DNA of 64,000 nucleotides, taken from the sequence record NZ_CP014128.2. One strand, written 5' to 3'. Numbering within the stretch: position 1 is the first letter of the stretch; each line of letters opens with the position of its first letter. The position numbers and the translations under genes are program-made. The notes beneath the pieces were generated by a model. It was not told the DNA's origin and made no database searches. It saw only the letters and a program-made list of their open reading frames with translations. Source of the DNA: a plasmid. Of this stretch, positions 62,624-64,000 are shown in pieces.

Positions 62624-63207
62624 AGCGGCTCCTGGGACGCATACCATAGAACGGCTTGCCAGAGCGGTAACAGACGTGGTGGAAAAGCGTCTGGCTGGTG
62701 AAGTGATTCAACTCTGCGCGTTTGCTCAGTCGGGAAAGCCAGCCGCAATCGCGACCAGCAGCCCGGGCCGGCGCGTAAACGCAGCAGCCACAGGCCATTA
62801 ATATCACCATCGTTAACCGGTAATTCCTCCGCTTCCGTCAGCCAGAGCCCGGGGCGCATCGCCTGAGCAATACGGCGACACCAGCGCTGTTGCGCCGGTA
62901 GTAGCATTGTCTGCGTAGAATCACGCCAGCACACTTCTGCTGCCAGACGCAGAGCCAGCTGGCGCTGTGCCTCAGTCAGATCAAGCCATGCCAACAGTTC
63001 GCGGTCGGGTGGACTGACCTGGTGGCTCAGTTGCAGTTCCTGAACGATCAGCGGATGGTGTGTCCGGGCCAGCGCCGCGAGACGGACATCATCCAGTTGA
63101 TAAAATCCTGCCTGACGCCAGCTCGCATCGGCGGCCAGCCAGCTGTCGATGCACCACCAGCGCAGCCAGCGCAGACCAGGTTCATCACCTGGAAGCATTT
63201 CACTCAT
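62617..63207 (-). CDS. hrpD: HrpD (T3SS protein of the hrpA operon)
   Basis: Position between hrcJ and hrpE, about 196 aa. The start overlaps the hrcJ stop. Confidence 0.6.
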   Translation of the reverse strand: MSEMLPGDEPGLRWLRWWCIDSWLAADASWRQAGFYQLDDVRLAALARTHHPLIVQELQLSHQVSPPDRELLAWLDLTEAQRQLALRLAAEVCWRDSTQTMLLPAQQRWCRRIAQAMRPGLWLTEAEELPVNDGDINGLWLLRLRAGPGCWSRLRLAFPTEQTRRVESLHQPDAFPPRLLPLWQAVLWYASQEPLC

Positions 63208-63979
63208 TCGGTACGTCCAACCGCGCCTTTTTGCCCTGGCGATAGCGTTTAAGGTATGGCCAGCCAAATATCCCGGTCGCCCCCAGCAGGATTAGCGCAC
63301 CGAACATGCCGCACAGCCAACTTAACTGTAAAGAACGTTCTGGCGTGACCATAAAAGGGCCGAAGGAGACTTCTGGCGGCTTGTCCTGATAAGTTTCCGC
63401 CGGGACAAATACAATCGCCAGGTCTTTGTCCGCCCGTCCTGCCAGTCCGGGCAGGCTGCTGGCCACCATTTTTCTGATACGGGGTTCAATGACATCGGGA
63501 TCGAGGTCGGGACGATATTTAATAAATACCGCGGCACTGGCGGGCTGCACCGGTTCGCCCGGCGCAACCCGCTCTGGCAGAACCACATGCACCCTGGCAA
63601 CAATCACCCCGTCAATTTGACTGAGGGTGGCTTCTACTTCTTGCGAGAGGGCATAAATATAACGTGCCCGCTCTTCCAGAGGCGTAGAGATTACGCCGTT
63701 TTTCTGAAACACTTCACCGAGATTGGTGCGCGCCGGACGTGGCAAACCAGCAGCATCAAGGATGTGAACGGCACGGTTCAATTCAGGGGCATCGACCAGT
63801 ACGGTGATACCGTCTTTGCTGGCGCGTTTTTCTGCCTGAATGTGATAACGCCCCAGCTCCGCCGCCACTTCGTTGGCGTCGTTTTCTGTCAGGCCATGAT
63901 TCAACTCGACCTGATCGTTACAGCCGAGCAACATGACTATCGGCAGTAAGAGCAGTAACTTCAAAGATAATTTAGCCAT
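63200..63979 (-). CDS. hrcJ: T3SS inner-membrane ring lipoprotein (YscJ/PrgK family)
   Basis: MAKLSLKLLLLLPIVMLLGCND lipobox, the YscJ-family periplasmic domain, and a C-terminal TM (LSWLCGMFGALILLGATGIFGW). Confidence 0.9.
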   Translation of the reverse strand: MAKLSLKLLLLLPIVMLLGCNDQVELNHGLTENDANEVAAELGRYHIQAEKRASKDGITVLVDAPELNRAVHILDAAGLPRPARTNLGEVFQKNGVISTPLEERARYIYALSQEVEATLSQIDGVIVARVHVVLPERVAPGEPVQPASAAVFIKYRPDLDPDVIEPRIRKMVASSLPGLAGRADKDLAIVFVPAETYQDKPPEVSFGPFMVTPERSLQLSWLCGMFGALILLGATGIFGWPYLKRYRQGKKARLDVPNE

Positions 63980-64000
63980 AGGGGGGGTTACTGCAAGTTG

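Overview
This window looks like Erwinia/Pantoea-type Enterobacterales chromosome, and it falls into four blocks. Species cannot be assigned from the sequence alone.

(1) 1-8.7 kb: housekeeping/sensory genes. These are a cytoplasmic MCP-like protein, a YahK-like Zn-ADH, an MBL-fold hydrolase, a GlxA/AraC regulator and a GGDEF cyclase.

(2) About 6.5-16 kb: an AT-rich stretch. It holds two H-NS paralogs and small stress/envelope genes (YciG-like KGG protein, YgdI lipoprotein, DUF1090, YgiW/BOF, DUF2256). Several genes are visibly decayed: a VOC pseudogene, a lipoprotein with TGA at the lipobox Cys, an OMP with an internal TAG, and a WbuC cupin with a homopolymer frameshift.

(3) 16-41 kb. feoAB sits behind a Fur-box-like palindrome. 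Next comes a Cre-family tyrosine recombinase with a perfect 13-8-13 loxP-like site upstream of it. Then a large sulfur-scavenging cluster: three SfnB-like acyl-CoA-DH-fold proteins, two DszA/NtaA-type and one SsuD LLM monooxygenase, two MetNIQ-like ABC transporters, an MFS transporter and SsuA. This cluster carries a sigma54 enhancer-binding protein with a C-terminal SsuA-like domain, and a sigma54 -24/-12 element in front of ssuD.

(4) 41-64 kb. A toxin-antitoxin/junk junction comes first: intact higBA, fdhA, a decayed relBE, a decayed second higBA copy, an amber-disrupted rpn nuclease gene and an unknown ORF. It leads into the canonical Erwinia hrp/dsp type III secretion island: dspF, dspE, hrpW, orfC, eop1 (YopJ family), orfA, hrpN, hrpV, hrpT, hrcC, hrpG, hrpF, hrpE, hrpD, hrcJ. 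HrpL-type hrp boxes (GGAACC-N15-CCACNNA) are visible in front of hrpW, dspE, hrpN and hrpF.

The most unusual items are the chromosomal Cre/lox-like module, the sigma54-activator/SsuA-domain fusion, and the density of nonsense and frameshift lesions in accessory genes.
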